This document shows positions 43,750 to 57,893 of a stretch of DNA of 64,000 bases, in pieces. The stretch lies in the NCBI RefSeq assembly GCF_009914755.1, contig NC_060936.1, one strand, 5' to 3'. The position numbers and the translations under genes were made by a program. The notes below the pieces were generated by a model that saw nothing but the letters and a program-made list of their open reading frames with translations, ran no database searches and was not told the origin of the DNA. Within the stretch, counting starts at the first letter, position 1. Every line of letters begins with the position of its first letter. This DNA is from the human T2T-CHM13v2.0 reference genome, Homo sapiens.

Positions 43750-43960
43750 TACATCTTAGTGGCAAAAGCTTGGGCTCTGCAGACAAAGCTCAGATTTGAA
43801 TTCCAGTTCTTCCCCTTCAAGTTGTATGGCCTCGAACAAGTTACTTATCCTGTTTATGCTTTACTTAGGGATAAAATGGGGAAAATAATTGCACCAATCT
43901 TATAGGATTGTTGAAGATTAAAAGAGACGAAGCACAATGGCACTGAGTGTGCATTTAATA
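43750..43960 (+). mobile_element. MIR
   Basis: TTTGAATTCCAGTTCT...GAACAAGTTACTT...TAAAATGGGGAAAATAAT. Confidence 0.7.
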
Positions 43961-44137
43961 TTGCTAATTTTCGTTGAGATTACACTAGTCAGTCATCATT
44001 GGTCTTTTGTTCCTTTTAAAACTCATCTATCACTCATAGTTTTTCTCTTCGGTAATTATGCATCCATCTTGTCATGCATTTCTTGTTGATGCTGAAAATA
44101 TTTTTTCCTCTGGATTTGCTAAGTTCCGGTATGGAGA

Positions 44138-44492
44138 TGTTAAAAAATAAATGTAGGCACATTAAAATTTTAACAGGTTTATTTGAGCATTCAGTGACTT
44201 ACCAACCGAGCAGTGCCAGACCGTGAACAGTTCAGTGTTCCACTGGGGGGGTGGAGGTGGGCAAGAGAGAAAACTTTTACAAGGTGTTTGCCAAACCAAG
44301 ACAAAGAAAATACATTTATTGGTGAAAGTGGAAAGTCCCTAGTTGGAGGTTAGTTGGCAGTTTCTGGTTAGTTCAGCTTAAGTGTTGTTTTACTGTTTAC
44401 ACTGGAGTTTGATTTGGTTTGCTCCTATAAGAACCCAAGGCATTGGAGCTCTCTCAGCCTAATGGCTTCCCAATTAACTTTTTTTTCTAACA
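44138..44492 (-). mobile_element. MER93-like ERV1 solo LTR
   Basis: The minus strand begins TGTTAG..AATTGGGAAGCCATTAGGCTGAG..GCTCCAATGCCTTGGGTTC and contains CCAACTAACCTCCAACTAGGGACTTTCCAC; TG..CA ends. Confidence 0.7.
44330..44339 (-). promoter_or_regulatory. Canonical NF-kB site GGGACTTTCC in the LTR
   Basis: GGAAAGTCCC on + strand; motif only, function untested. Confidence 0.5.
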
Positions 44493-44707
44493 GCAACATA
44501 CCAACTACATATTCTATAGGTTATTGTTGTAATAAAATAAGACTCCCAGCAAGGTAACTTGACTCATTTAATGTTATGAATGCTCCTTATTATAAAGCAG
44601 GATAATTGGGGAAATGCTTAGAAGCTTACAACATGAGACAATCATTTCAGTGGTTTTTACAGAGCCAGATGGATAACCTCATTCGTTCTCTAGCAGTTAA
44701 TGAATAG

Positions 44708-45112
<405 letters not shown>

Positions 45113-46409
45113 TTAAAGATAAACATTCTAGATCAAAATGAGCTGGAATCCACTTGCCCTTTTTGGCCTTCCTGCATTCTGCCTCCTGCAGTCCTCTCCT
45201 GTGGGTCCTCTTCTCTCAAAGGTCCCTTCCCAGACTGTAGAGTCGCACAGCTCCAGGGACACCTTTCACATTGCATTCTATGTTTATAACGCTCCCTGGA
45301 GCTGCTGTGCCTCAGGGTTGCCCTGAGGGTGGCAGCTCAGTGGCAAGTGCATCCTGCTTTCCGCCTCCCATCTTTCTACCTACCTCTTGATTGGCACCTG
45401 AGGCTTGTGGCCCAAGCCCTGGAGCTGTCACTGACAATCTGAGCTACTGTAGGAAAAGGGGAGACATGAAGCAATTAAACATCACATCTCTGGTGAAGAG
45501 TGAGAAACTGGACATAGCCACAGTTTCTGCGTGCCTCACCCGACCCTCCCCGTCCCCGGCCCATACCTTGAACTCCGGTCTTTACGTTTTTTGTGTTTGT
45601 GTAAATTTGAGCTCAAAAGATAATTTTAGGGGCTAAAATGAGAGATTTACCTAACCTCTGGGCCAGTAGCCTACTTGAATAGATTCAGTCACTCTGACCC
45701 TGAAACAATCAATATTTTCAAAAAGGGGCAATCTATTTGACAGCATCTTGAGCTTCATTGGTATGACGGCCATGGTGAAGAATGATGAACCCAGGCACAG
45801 GGGAGGGGCCAGGCGAAGTAGGAACCATCTTTGTGTCTGCAGTGTTTGCAAGTCTTGGAGCAGAGGGGGAGGGATTAGCCTTAAGGAGTGGGTAGAGTGA
45901 GGGAGAGAGAAAGGGGCAGCCAATTGGTGCGATCTGTGATGCCTCAATCTGTGATGCTTGAACAGTCTCTTTCAAACTCCTGAGTTCTTGGGGAGTTGGT
46001 CTCCTGTGGTTGTAGCCAAGGTCTCTCTCCTCTAGGACATGAGGATCCTCAAGAAGGTGCCAGAAGGGAGGCATCTCATCCAGCCTCATAAAGCTATGAG
46101 GATGGCTATAACATGACATCACGGGTAAGAAGACAGCCCTGTTCCCTACATATTTCTCCTGCTTTGCTCACTGATTACTGAAACTTTTTTTTTTTTTTGA
46201 CAGAAGCAAAGGCTTTCACTTTCTGGAGTGAAAAGAGAAAGGGAACATGGACATGCTCCTTGAATGGTTAATCACCCTGCCCCCCACTGATGCCTGTGTG
46301 ACCCAAGCTTTCCTCCTTCCTTGCTAGTCACTTGCCCCAAGACTTCTACACATCAACTCCCCGCTCTGGAGTCTCCTCTGTTGTCATAAACCATTGGGTT
46401 GTCCAGAAT

Positions 46410-46570
46410 CTTGGCTCTCAAAACATGGTCCATGAACCAGCAGTATTAGCATCACCTATGAATTTGTGTCCAACTTAGACTACTGAGTCATAATCTTCAT
46501 TGTAACATGATATGCAGATGATTTGTAATTTGTATGAACATTAGAACGTTAAAGTTTGAGAAGGTCTGGC
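46410..46570. mobile_element. MER5B-like fragment
   Basis: CTCTCAAAACATGGTCCATGAACCAGCAGTATTAGCATCACCT...AAAGTTTGAGAA. Confidence 0.6.
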
Positions 46571-49117
46571 CTGAAACACTTCTTCATATCAAGCCTTAAC
46601 TGAAATCTGATTTATAATGGTAATCATGATTTATAATGATACCATGATTTATAGTGGGGGTAATTATCACTATACTTTTAAATAGTACATGTGTTAGTTA
46701 ATTTTATCATGTTTTCAGCAAGTGCCTACTGTATTCCAGGTACTACAAGTGCTGCAAATTGGGGATATAAGAATAGTATCCCCACAGAGCTCACGGTGTA
46801 GCAGGCTTATGAAAACAAAACAAAACACTCAAACAAAAAAAATCACAAAATTGTATTTCAAGCTGTACAAAGCTATGCCCTCTAATTAATGCTATATTTC
46901 TCTCTTCACGTCTTTCACTTTTCTCCCAGAATCCATGTATTCTGTGAGAAAAAAATCTGACTTGAAATGTTACCCTCTTTCCACTTCTTTTCCATTTCAA
47001 TGCTGTTGTTGCATTGCTGGCACAAGCCTCTAGAAGTAGTATTCTCAGGCCCAATTGGAAAGGCAAATCAACAATTTTTTAAAAATTGGATTTTAAGAGA
47101 GCATTTGTGTTCCATTTTCTCAGATGACTTTCTATGTATGTATCTCATCTTCAATTAGCAATGCTTCTGCCATTATTACAGGGCATATTCTGGAATTTTT
47201 CTTGTTTTGGTTTTGTTTCTGTTGTGGGGTAGGGAGAAAAGGAATGATTGAACATGTTTATTAAATGCAGCCAAGCTTGTTTAGGTTTTGGAGATACCAG
47301 AAGGTTATGTTTTGTAAAATATAATTGACACTAGCATCACAGGGCATGGGCTCCAAGGATAACATTACATCAGGACCTTAGTGTGTTTACATGAGCATAA
47401 AAGAGCTGGTTCTGGTGAATCAGGAAATGATTTGGAAAGAGTAGTGCAAAGAGGCTAAATCTTCCATGGGAAGATGCTGCTGCTTCTGTTGCCAGGGCTG
47501 CTGCAGTTCTTTGAAGTCAAAATCTGTAACTGATTTGAGTTTAGGTCTCTTGATCAATATCAGATAATACAAAAAACCTGATTTTCTTATCTTATGGGAA
47601 TTTATGGCATCTCCCCTAGTCTCGAGATCACTTCCTAGCATGTATTTCAAGATAGTTTTTTGTATATGATCTTATACCATTTTGTATATGATCTTATTCC
47701 ACCATTTTGCTTTTCCCAGAACTGAATACTGATATAGTTACTAACACAGCACTCAATGAAATTTCCAATATTTTGGCTTCTCTTCAGTAGTTTTTGCCTT
47801 CTTTGACTTTTACTGCCTTTGTTGGCTAGAGTTTTAGCTGGCACCGTGCTGACCCAGCAGGTCACTTCAGTTTGGAAAAGAGTGAGTAGCATTTGTGTTG
47901 CTTACTCAGCATGTTATTTCTCTTTGGAGCAAAGTGCAATGGCTTCTGGTCAATTTTTGAATTGATTTTAGGATGGTTTTAATGATTTATAAAGGAGCAT
48001 TTAATCCCATACATCTAGGCTTTATTTGCCTCATGAAATCAGCTACTACATGAAATTGTCTAAGGTTATATAGTTCATCCCCTAAAAACAAACACACAAA
48101 ATTACTCCTTGGAGAAGAGTTGGTGTCAATTTCTGCTTATAATCAAAGCTTCATATGTGGTCATTTGACTTTTCAAAAATTGAATTTCAGGCATTTCATC
48201 TTTCAAAAATAATATATTTCAAAAGATAAAAAATATAACTTATATAAGTACAAAATGAACATGCATCAAACAAATCATTTGTGTTTCTGCTGAATATAAA
48301 TCTGTAAGTTAGCATGTAACTTCACGTGGGTTATAATCAATGGCAAATAGTAAGTCAAGCACAAATACATTCTTGCAGAGAATAAATAGGTTTTGGGTGG
48401 GCCTATTAGAGAATGCTATGTTGTGACAGTGAGAAGATTAGGGGTCATTCTTTTGCTTTATTTTCAAGTTTTGGATAATTTTTCTTAACAATCCTCCTTT
48501 GTCCCAATAATAAATAATACCTGAAGATTATTCTTGATCACATGAGAGGTTAGTTACATTGTGTTTTGTCCCTGTTCATTTATATTGATGCAGCAAGATA
48601 TGAGAATTTTCATACATAGGCCTCTTTGGAGTATAGTCAACAAATCTAGAGCCATGTGGTATTGAGAGAATTAACTTCTATCTGGTCACCTCTGGGTCTC
48701 CAGTTACACATATTTATACAATTCGATATTGTTCTACAAGTTCTTGAGGCTTTGTTTACTTTTTTTCCCAATCTTTTATTCTCTTACTGCTTCACATTGA
48801 CTAATTTCTGTTGTCTGTCTTCTAAGTTTGCTGATTCTGTTTGTAAAAAATAGTTAAGGGCATAAAAATTCAGCACAAAGTAGATAAAGTTATTTTGGTG
48901 AGATACAGAATCCTGTTACCTGGGCAGATAACAGAAAACATGAAGAATACTTTTTTTACTATCTCTTATTAAGAGCAGACAAATTACTCTAAGAATAATT
49001 TTTCATTTTCAAAGTGAGAAACCTAATTCTTAGCCTTTCATTAAAGCATTATATTTGGAGTTAGTATATCAAACTAAGCAAACTTTGCTGATTTTCTTTT
49101 TACATATTGCATTTCTT

Positions 49118-50492
49118 CTTTTTAATTTTTTAAAACTATAGATTCGGGGTGTACATGTGCAGATTTGTTGCATGGGTATATTGTGTAACGGTGGGGTTTG
49201 GTCCTCTAGTGAACCCATTGCCCAAATAGTGAACATGGTACCCAATAGGTAGTTTTTCAACCCTAACCTCTCTCCTTCTTCTCCCCATTTTGGATTCCCC
49301 TGTGTCTATTATTTCCATCATTATGTCCATGTGTACCCAATGTTGAGCTCTCACTTAAAAGCAAAAACATTTGGTATTTGGTTTTCTGTTTCTGCATTAT
49401 TTCACTTAGGATAATGACCTTCAGCTTCATTCATGTTGTTGAAAAGCACATGATTTCATTCTTTTTTTAATGGCTGTGTATACGTATACATATGTATGGT
49501 GCATATATACCACATTTTATTTATCCAATCCACTGTTGATGGACATGATTTTGATATTGTGAATAGGGCTGTGATAAGCATATGAGTGCAGATGTCTTTT
49601 TCATAAAATGATTTCTTTTCCTTTGGGTAGATACCCAGTAGTGGGTTTGCTGGGGTCCGTGGTGGTTCTAATTTTAGTTCTTTGAGAAATCTCCATACTG
49701 TTTTCCACAGTGGTTGAACTAATTTATATTCCCACCAACAGTGTATAAGTGTGTTTCCTTTTCTCTTCATCCTTGCCAACATCTGCTATTTTTTGACTTC
49801 TTAGTGATAGCCATTCTGACTGGTGAGATGGTATCTCATTGTGGTTCTAATTTGCGTTTTTCTGATGATTAGTGATGTTGAGCATTTTTTCATGTTTGTT
49901 GGCCTTGTGTATGTCTGCTGAGAAGTGTCTGTTAATTTCGTTTGTCTACTTTTTAATGGGGTTGTTTTTTATTGATTTTTTAATAGATTCTGAATATTAG
50001 TTCTTTATCAGAGGCATAGCTTGCAAATATTTTCTCCCATTCTGTAGGTTGTCTGTTTACTCTGTTGATTGTTTATTTTGCTGGCAGAAGCTCTTTAATT
50101 TAATTAAGCCCTATTTGCCTATTTTAAATTTTGTTGCATTTGCATTGGCTGTCTTAGTCATAAATTCCTTGCCTAGGCCAGTGTCCAGAATAGTTTTGCC
50201 TAGGGTTTGTTCTAGGATTTTTTTATAATTTCAGGTCTTAAACTTAAGTCTTTAACCTATCTCGAGTTAATTTTTGTGTTCAGTGACAGGTAGGAGTCCA
50301 GTTTCATTCTTCTGGATATGGCTAGCTAGTTTTCCCAATACCATTTATTGACTAGGGTGTCTTTTCCTCATTGTTTATTTTTGTCGACTTTGTGGCAGAT
50401 CAGTTGGTTGCAGGTGTGTGGCTTTACTTCTGAGTTCTCTGGCCTGTTCTGTTGATCTGTGTGTTTATTTTTGTACTGGTGCAATGCTGTTT
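49118..50492 (-). mobile_element. 5'-truncated old primate L1 (L1PA15/16-like)
   Basis: Antisense 3' UTR (GGGGTGTACATGTGCAGATTTGTT) and ORF2 C-terminus ([21 protein letters not shown]); TSD TTGCATTTCTT (49107-49117/50493-50503). Confidence 0.88.
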
Positions 50493-50503
50493 TTGCATTT
50501 CTT

Positions 50504-52300
50504 TTTAGACATTTTTTGCAGGTATTCAAAACCAAAGCAAATAACATTGACTTTCCATAGCCTTCTACAACTTTCTATATCCATTTAAGTTTTGTCTTTC
50601 ATTAATTTCTTCCAAATTCTCAAACAAGACACTTCAAAACAAAACCATTTTCCTTTTCTTTTGAAAAAAAAATCTCTCTCTCACACACACATCTCATTTT
50701 CTTATGCGTTTCTTATGCATTTCTTATGCATATTATTCTAGTATAGCATCAACAACTCAGCATTAACAAAGCAACTAACTCCTATTCATCAGAACAACAT
50801 TGAAGGTAGGTAAATGTCAACTGTCTGTTATATACAAGCACTATGGCAAACTACAAAATACGTGAGTACATGCAACCTCTACAGCTACACACTCCCTTTT
50901 ATACCTTCTTAAAGTAGCGCAAATGAATACATTTGTTGACAGAGCTCAGAGGCATAGATTCCCTAAAATGTGTAAAAATAAGAAACAAAAGTACATACTG
51001 TGTATTAAAACTATGCGTACTTAGAAACTGAAGATATACAAGAATTTTCCATCAATTAACTCAATTTATTATTAGTATTTTTGTCTAAAACTTAAAAAAT
51101 GATCTTGGAAAATCAGTTTTAACTGACACAGTACGGGACATAATAACTCTTGATATAAAATGCTTATCAGAATTATAATTCTATTTCACCGAACATATAA
51201 TTTTATATTTTCCTCAATTAAAAAATGTATGAGAGGAATAGTGGCTTATCTGAACTTATAAAGCAGTTAAAAAGTCTAGGAACTTCAGATTCCTAGTTTC
51301 TTAGTGAGCAGCAAATACAGTTAAAAAAGTATTTTTTTATTATACTCCACATTGATAAAATTAGGAAAAAGATGCAAAGCTCTTTTTAAGCAAAATCATG
51401 AAAATTCATTTTGATTTGTCCAATGATATTCACATTTATTACATGAACTTGGATGCTTCTATAAAAATGCTTCTGAGTTGGCAGTTTCTGTAAAAGGTTT
51501 TGTTTTTGTTTTTTAAAGGCTAACACACTCAGGACTAGAAGTTCAGTTTCTTTATTTTATAAGAATTCTGTAAACATTAAATTTATGTGGTTCTTATTGT
51601 TCTCTACGAACCAAGCAGAACAGAGCTTCTTTAATTTAAGAGGTTTTATAGCTTAATGTATTAATACCCTCCAGAGGTAGGAAATATTTCATGCACACAC
51701 AATAAAAAGGAAATGCCTTTCTCAATTATTGACACAGAGACACACGGAGAGCTTGCTGCTTCAATTCTACAACTACAGACAAAGGTCTAAAGTAAACAGA
51801 AAAATAAAATTTACTGGTAACCTCAAACAAATTTTCTCTTTTCCAGTGGGCATAAAGTTTTACCTAACTAGGTTAAGCTCACAAAAAGCCAAAGCAACAA
51901 ACCCAAAAGTGGAACAATGTAGATGATCTTTCATCTCTTATCTGGCCAAGAATGAGTTGTCATTATATTGAATAACGTTGTCAAATAGTCATACCATAAA
52001 ATCAGATTTCCAGTGGTCGTTTGTTCCAATGGGTAATAACTTATCAGCCATGTATAGACCAGACTCATGTGTACACAGGGTGTTCCATATACTACCTAAG
52101 GATTCATTATTTACTAATAATCCCTGGCCTTGATGGCAGAAAAAGTCATGGCTAAAACCATAAATTAGATGAAATACAGACAACAACAGCAACCAGAATT
52201 GGCCAAGAACAAAAAACAAAAATAAAAACATAAAATCAGAAGAATAAAAAACAGAGATTCAATGAAGGAAAAGTTATATTGCCCTTAAGATTCACTCCAA
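50504..52300. mobile_element. Probable AT-rich ERV1 (MER4-group) internal sequence, also 48850-49105
   Basis: Composition and motifs (CCTTCTACAACTTTCTATATCCATTTAAGTTTTGTC) are reminiscent of MER4-group internals; not firmly assigned. Confidence 0.35.
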
Positions 52301-52413
52301 GATCTCCATAAAGATGTTCTCAGGAGGAAACAGCTTATAATGTGTACTTCTTGGACAATACATTAGAATAGACTGTAGCAGACAAGTCTATCTTAGTGGG
52401 AAAACCCCCACAA

Positions 52414-52712
52414 AGCTGGGCCCAGGGGTTCATGCCTGTAATCCCAGCACTTTGGGAGGCTGAGGTGGGTAGATTGATTAAGGTCAAGAGTTCAAGACTA
52501 GCCTGGGCAACACGGAGAAACCTCGTCTCTACCAAAAATACACAAATTAGCTGAGTGTGGTGGCATATGCCTGTGGTCCCAGCTACTCTGGAGGCTGAGG
52601 TGGGAGGATTGCTGGAGCCTGGAAAGTCAAGGCTGCAATGAGTTGTGTTTGTGCCACTGCAGTGCAGCCTGCATGATACAGCAAGACCCTGTTTCAAAAA
52701 ATAAAAATAAAA
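52414..52712 (+). mobile_element. AluJ
   Basis: GGGAGGATTGCTGGAGCCTGG and AAGGCTGCAATGAG J-type right arm. Confidence 0.92.
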
Positions 52713-53119
52713 TGAAATTATTAAAGTATACTTTTCAAAAAATTATAAACATGGCATTATTCTCATACAAATATAAAGTAAGATGTCAAAGATTCATTTA
52801 CCTCATGAATGAGGTATGCAGCTGGAAGGTAAAGCTGGTCTAAAGAATAATTTGAGGGACAAAGATTTATATAGTCACCCATGAATAGTGTGATGAAATA
52901 AACTTATTAAATTGAGAAAGTTATGGCTTATGCAGCTATAAAATTATAAGAGTTAGGATCATTTTTTCTATTGGAGAGAAATCATCACTTAAGACAAAAA
53001 TCTGCAAATAAACATTTATCTTCATAGAGCCTTGGGGCTGTAATGAACACTAAATAATCAGTCAAACAAAGATATATTTCCCTAGAAAATTAAACAAACC
53101 TTGGGAAGACCTATTAGAC

Positions 53120-53466
53120 CAGTGGTCCCCAACCTTTCCAGCACCAAGAATTGATTTTGTGGAAAACAATTTTTCCACTGACAATTTTTTCGTGGTCCTC
53201 CCCCAACATCCGTGGAAAAATTTGAGCGTGCAACCTAGATCCCTTGCATGCACAGTTTATGACAGGTTTCACAGTCCTATGAGAGTTTAATGCTGCCACT
53301 GATCTGACAGGAGGCAGAGCTCAGGGACTAATGGGAGTGATGGGGAGCGGCTATAAACACAGATGAAGCTTCGTGCTTAACTGCCACTCACCTCCTGCTA
53401 TGTGTCTTGGTTCCTAACAGGCCATGGACAGGTACTGGTCTGTGGCCTGGGGGTGTGGGACCTCAG
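53120..53466 (-). mobile_element. MER1A hAT MITE, internally deleted with filler
   Basis: TIR CAGTGGTCCCCAACC; GATCTGACAGGAGGCAGAGCTCAGG; ACAGATGAAGCTTCG; 8-bp TSD TATTAGAC/TGTTAGAT. Confidence 0.85.
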
Positions 53467-53791
53467 TGTTAGATAATGCTCCAGTATAACATTGAAAAGT
53501 AATTCTGGCATATTTTGCCTTATTTCCAAGTTTTGGATAATTTTTTCAAACAGTTCTAACTTCTTTGAATCCTAATAACATTAGCCAGTGTTTCTCAGTC
53601 TTACAAAGGCTTATTAGAGAAATGTTTAAATAACATTCATTTGCTACATCATGAAATGTTTTTACATCTTTGAAATCCTTTGTTAAATTAATTTACAAAG
53701 AAAGTCCCAGAACTGGATAAGGCTTAATTTGGTTGAGGCTTATGTCGGTTAAGGGAGACCCATTATTTATTTGTACTATTCAAAATTTCAT

Positions 53792-54338
53792 TGGTGATTT
53801 TTGGAAATGTTCCCAAATTCTTTGACACTTCTTTCACTCCAAGAAATGAAGGTAAATTCTTCTCCTCTTGTGGGTGGGCTGGACATAGCAACTTGCTTAT
53901 AACAAATTGAATATGGTGGAAGTAATGGTATAGAGCAAATAAGGTGAGATCATAGAAGACATTTAGCTTCCTCCTTACTCTATCTTAAATCACTTGTTCT
54001 GAGAGAAGTCAGAAACCATGTTGTGAGGACACTCAAGCAGCCTAAACAGTGAGAAATGGAAGCCTCTTGTCAACAGCTAGTAAGGAACTGAGGCTTCTAG
54101 CCCACAGCCATATAAGTCAGTCATCTTAGAAGGAGATACTCCAGCTCCAGTCAAGCTTTCAGATAATTACAGTTCCTACTGACATATTTTCTTGAATTTT
54201 CACCAAAGACTTTACCATACCACTCAGCTAAGCTGCTACTGAATTCCTGAACCATAGAAAGTATGAAATAATAGATTTTTGTTTTCTAAGCTGCTAAGTT
54301 TTGGAGTAATTTGTTGCATAGCAATTAATATTTAATAT
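53792..54338 (+). mobile_element. MLT1F/G-like LTR
   Basis: CCCAAATTCTTTGACACT...CCATGTTGTGAGGACACTCAAGCAGCC...TAAGTTTTGGAGTAATTTGTTGCATAGCAAT. Confidence 0.8.
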
Positions 54339-55022
54339 AAGCCCTCATAAAAATTGTCCTCTCTTTTGGAAGGTGGAAAAGTAAATTTTTTTCTCAACTC
54401 TTAAATAAACCGATTTTCTCACACACTAGAGATAAGGAGGCTTATATTTTGTGTGGTTCCAAACTGCTGTTTGGTTCTTAGGTGATCTTGAGTATGGCTT
54501 CCTCTTTGTTACCACTTGCTCACTGGACATTGCTCAAAACACGTCTAAGATGGACTTCTGAGTCTACATCTAGAGAATATATAGGCTGAGAGGTTGAACA
54601 CGATATTGAGAAAACCCTCTATGGTGATTATCTTCTATGTCATGAAACATAAAACCTAAACCCCAAAGCTGGGTTTGATTCCCTTTTTGAGGGTTGAGCC
54701 CTATATTTGTTTGGATAGCTTCTCTCTCCCCATCTCCCATGGCTAATAGGCTGGGACATGTATCCATTTATTATGTGTGATATGTTGACACTTGTAGAAA
54801 TACATTTTTGGGCAAATTATAAACTTAGATTCAGATTTTTCATTTATTTTTTAGACTGGGAAACATCTTTAATGTGGTAGAAAAATACAGATAAATTTCT
54901 GACAAGATAGTGAACCAACATGTCTTGCTCTCTCCCCCCAGAATTTAAACCTAGAGAGCCACATAAGGAAGAAACAGTGTCCAGATACATAAAGTAATGA
55001 CTATAAGAAACATTCAAGAAGA

Positions 55023-55516
55023 GGCCCAGCGTGGTGGCTTGTGTCTAATCCTAGCGTTAAGGGAGGCCAAGGCGGGTGGATCACTTGAGGTCAGGAGTTT
55101 GAGACCAACCTGGCCAAGATGGTGAAACCCTGTCTCTACTAAAAATACAAAAATTAGCCCAGTCCCAGCTACTCAAGAGACTGAGGCAGGAGAATCGCTT
55201 GAACCCAGGAGGTGGAGGTTGCAGTGCACTGAGATGGCGACAGTGCACCTCCAGCCTGGGTGACATAGCGAGACTCTGTCTCAAAAATCAAACAAACAAA
55301 AAAATAAACACTTAACATGGTGAAACCCCGTCTCGACTAAAAATACAAAAAATTAGCCAGGCGTGGTGGCGGGCGCCTGTAGTCCCAGCTACTCAGGAGG
55401 CTGAGGCAGGAGAATTGCTTGAACCTGGGAGGTGGAGAGGTTGTAGTGAGCCGAAATTGTGCCACTGCACTCCAGCCTGGCGACAGAACGAGACTCCGTC
55501 TCAAAAAAAAAAAAAA
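55023..55516 (+). mobile_element. Tandem Alus: AluS with internal deletion (55023-55308) plus 5'-truncated AluSc (55314-55516)
   Basis: The first has AAATTAGCC-CAGTCCCAGC (about 24 bp missing). The second begins AACATGGTGAAACCCC and has CCTGGCGACAG. Confidence 0.9.
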
Positions 55517-55522
55517 GAGGGA

Positions 55523-55525
<3 letters not shown>

Positions 55526-55556
<31 letters not shown>
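55526..55556 (+). repeat. (TG)n microsatellite
   Basis: About 15 TG units. Confidence 0.95.
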
Positions 55557-55887
55557 CTGAACTGAACTGGGAAATGAGTTGGGAGAGAACTTCTGAGTTG
55601 TATACTTTTCCTTCTGGATATATTGCCCTGGATGGATTAACGTTTGCTCACACGTAACTGTGGAAGAGAGAAAATGGTAGAGCCAGCCTAGTGCCTTGAG
55701 GGCTTTTGTGGCAACAGAAGGGCAATTCCAGAGACTGACCTGAGTGAGGAGCAAATAACAGCAGATAAAGAATGACTTGCTGCCCCCCAAGCATGTCCTC
55801 CTGCTCTTTCCATACCCCTTCATGCCCCAAGTTATGCCAATATGTCGAGGAAGAAACGTCCTCTGAAGAGAGCAGATTCAAAGTTAG

Positions 55888-56431
<544 letters not shown>

Positions 56432-56963
56432 TGATAATTCTTTTAGGGGAAGATAAGCTTCAATTGGCAGCAGTAGCCAGATAGCTGAGAAGTACAACAT
56501 GCCTAAAGAGAGACAACAAACTAGGCTGTCTATAATAGGTAGATCAGAACTAATGAAACAGATACAGAGTTTAGAATAAATATAATACGTGTCCTCAAAG
56601 AGATGAGAGAATTTTGGTTATATGAAACATGAAGGAGCAGTTATAATGAAAAGCCAAATGGAAAGAGTGAGTATAAAAATTATAACAAAATCAAGAATTT
56701 CAGTGAGGGATAAGTAGCATGGAGGTTATAGGCATAGGCAAAGAATAAACTAGTAAACCATAAAACAAGTCTAAGAATATTTTGCAGAAGACACAAAGAA
56801 TTAATAAAAAATTAAAAAAAAAAGAAAAAATAATGGTAAGAAGGATAAATAAGAAGTGCAAGTATATCCATGGCGTGGTCTCAAAAAGATAGAAAAAAGT
56901 ATAATAGAGGTGAGGAAACAAAAAATAATAACCAAGAATTTTCCAGAATTAGGTAAAGATGAA

Positions 56964-57893
56964 TGTCTTAATTTATTTTCTGTTGCCTATAACAGAACAC
57001 CTGAAACTGGGTAATATATAAAGAAATGACATATGCACATGAATGTTCATTGCAGCACTATTCACAATAGCAAAGACATGGAATCAACCTAAATATTCAT
57101 CAATGACAGATTGGATAAAAAAAAATTTGGTACATATACACTATGGAATACTATGCAGCCACAAAAAAGAATGAGATCATGTCTTTTGTGGAAACATGGA
57201 TGGAGCTGGAGGCTATTATCTTTAGCAAACTAACACAGGAACAGAAAACCAAATACTGCATGTTCTCGTTTATAAGAAAGAGCTAAACAATGAGAGCTCA
57301 TGAACATAAAGAAGGGAACAACAGACACTGGAGTCTACTTGAGAGTGGAGGGTGGGAGGAGGGAGAGGACCAGAAAAAATAACTCTTGAGTACTCGACTT
57401 AATACGTGGGTGATGAAATAATCTGTACAACAACCCCACTGTGACATGAGTTTACCTACATAACAAACCTGCACATGTACCCCTGAACCTAAAATAAAAG
57501 TTAAAAAGATAAAAAGAAAATATATTTCTTACAGTTCTGGAGCCTGGGAAGTCCAGGGGCATTGCTTGGTGTCTGATGAGAGTCATCTTCCTTGTGGGGA
57601 CTCTGTACAGAGTCCTGAGGCAGTGCAGGGTGTCACATGACAAAGGGGCTGAATACGGTACTTGCTTACTCAGGTTTCTCTTCCTCTCCTTATAAAGCCA
57701 CCAGTTTCACACCCATGATAACCTATTAATCCATTAATCCTTAAACCATTAATCCACAAGTGGATTAATCCATTCATGAAGGCAGAGCTCTTGTGATCCA
57801 ATTACCTCTTTAAGATCCCACCTTTCAATATTGCCACATTGGGGATTAAGTTTCCAACAGATGAAATCTGAGGGACACATTTACTCCATAACA
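56964..57893 (-). mobile_element. MSTB/C-like MaLR LTR containing an L1PA insertion
   Basis: TGTCTTAATTTATTTTCTGTTGCCTATAACAGAACACCTGAAACTGGGTAAT...CCATAACA; TSD ATGAA/ATGAG. Confidence 0.85.
57026..57510 (+). mobile_element. L1PA (old primate) 3' end nested in the MST
   Basis: ATGTTCATTGCAGCACTATTCACAATAGCAAAGACATGGAATCAACC...CCTGCACATGTACCCCTGAACCTAAAATAAAAG. Confidence 0.9.

Noticed and set aside
45380-46130. Unique GC-balanced region with a donor-like CGG|GTAAGA at 46125 as a possible exon
   Set aside because: There is no matched acceptor, frame or homology, and a lone splice motif is not sufficient. A lncRNA exon cannot be excluded.
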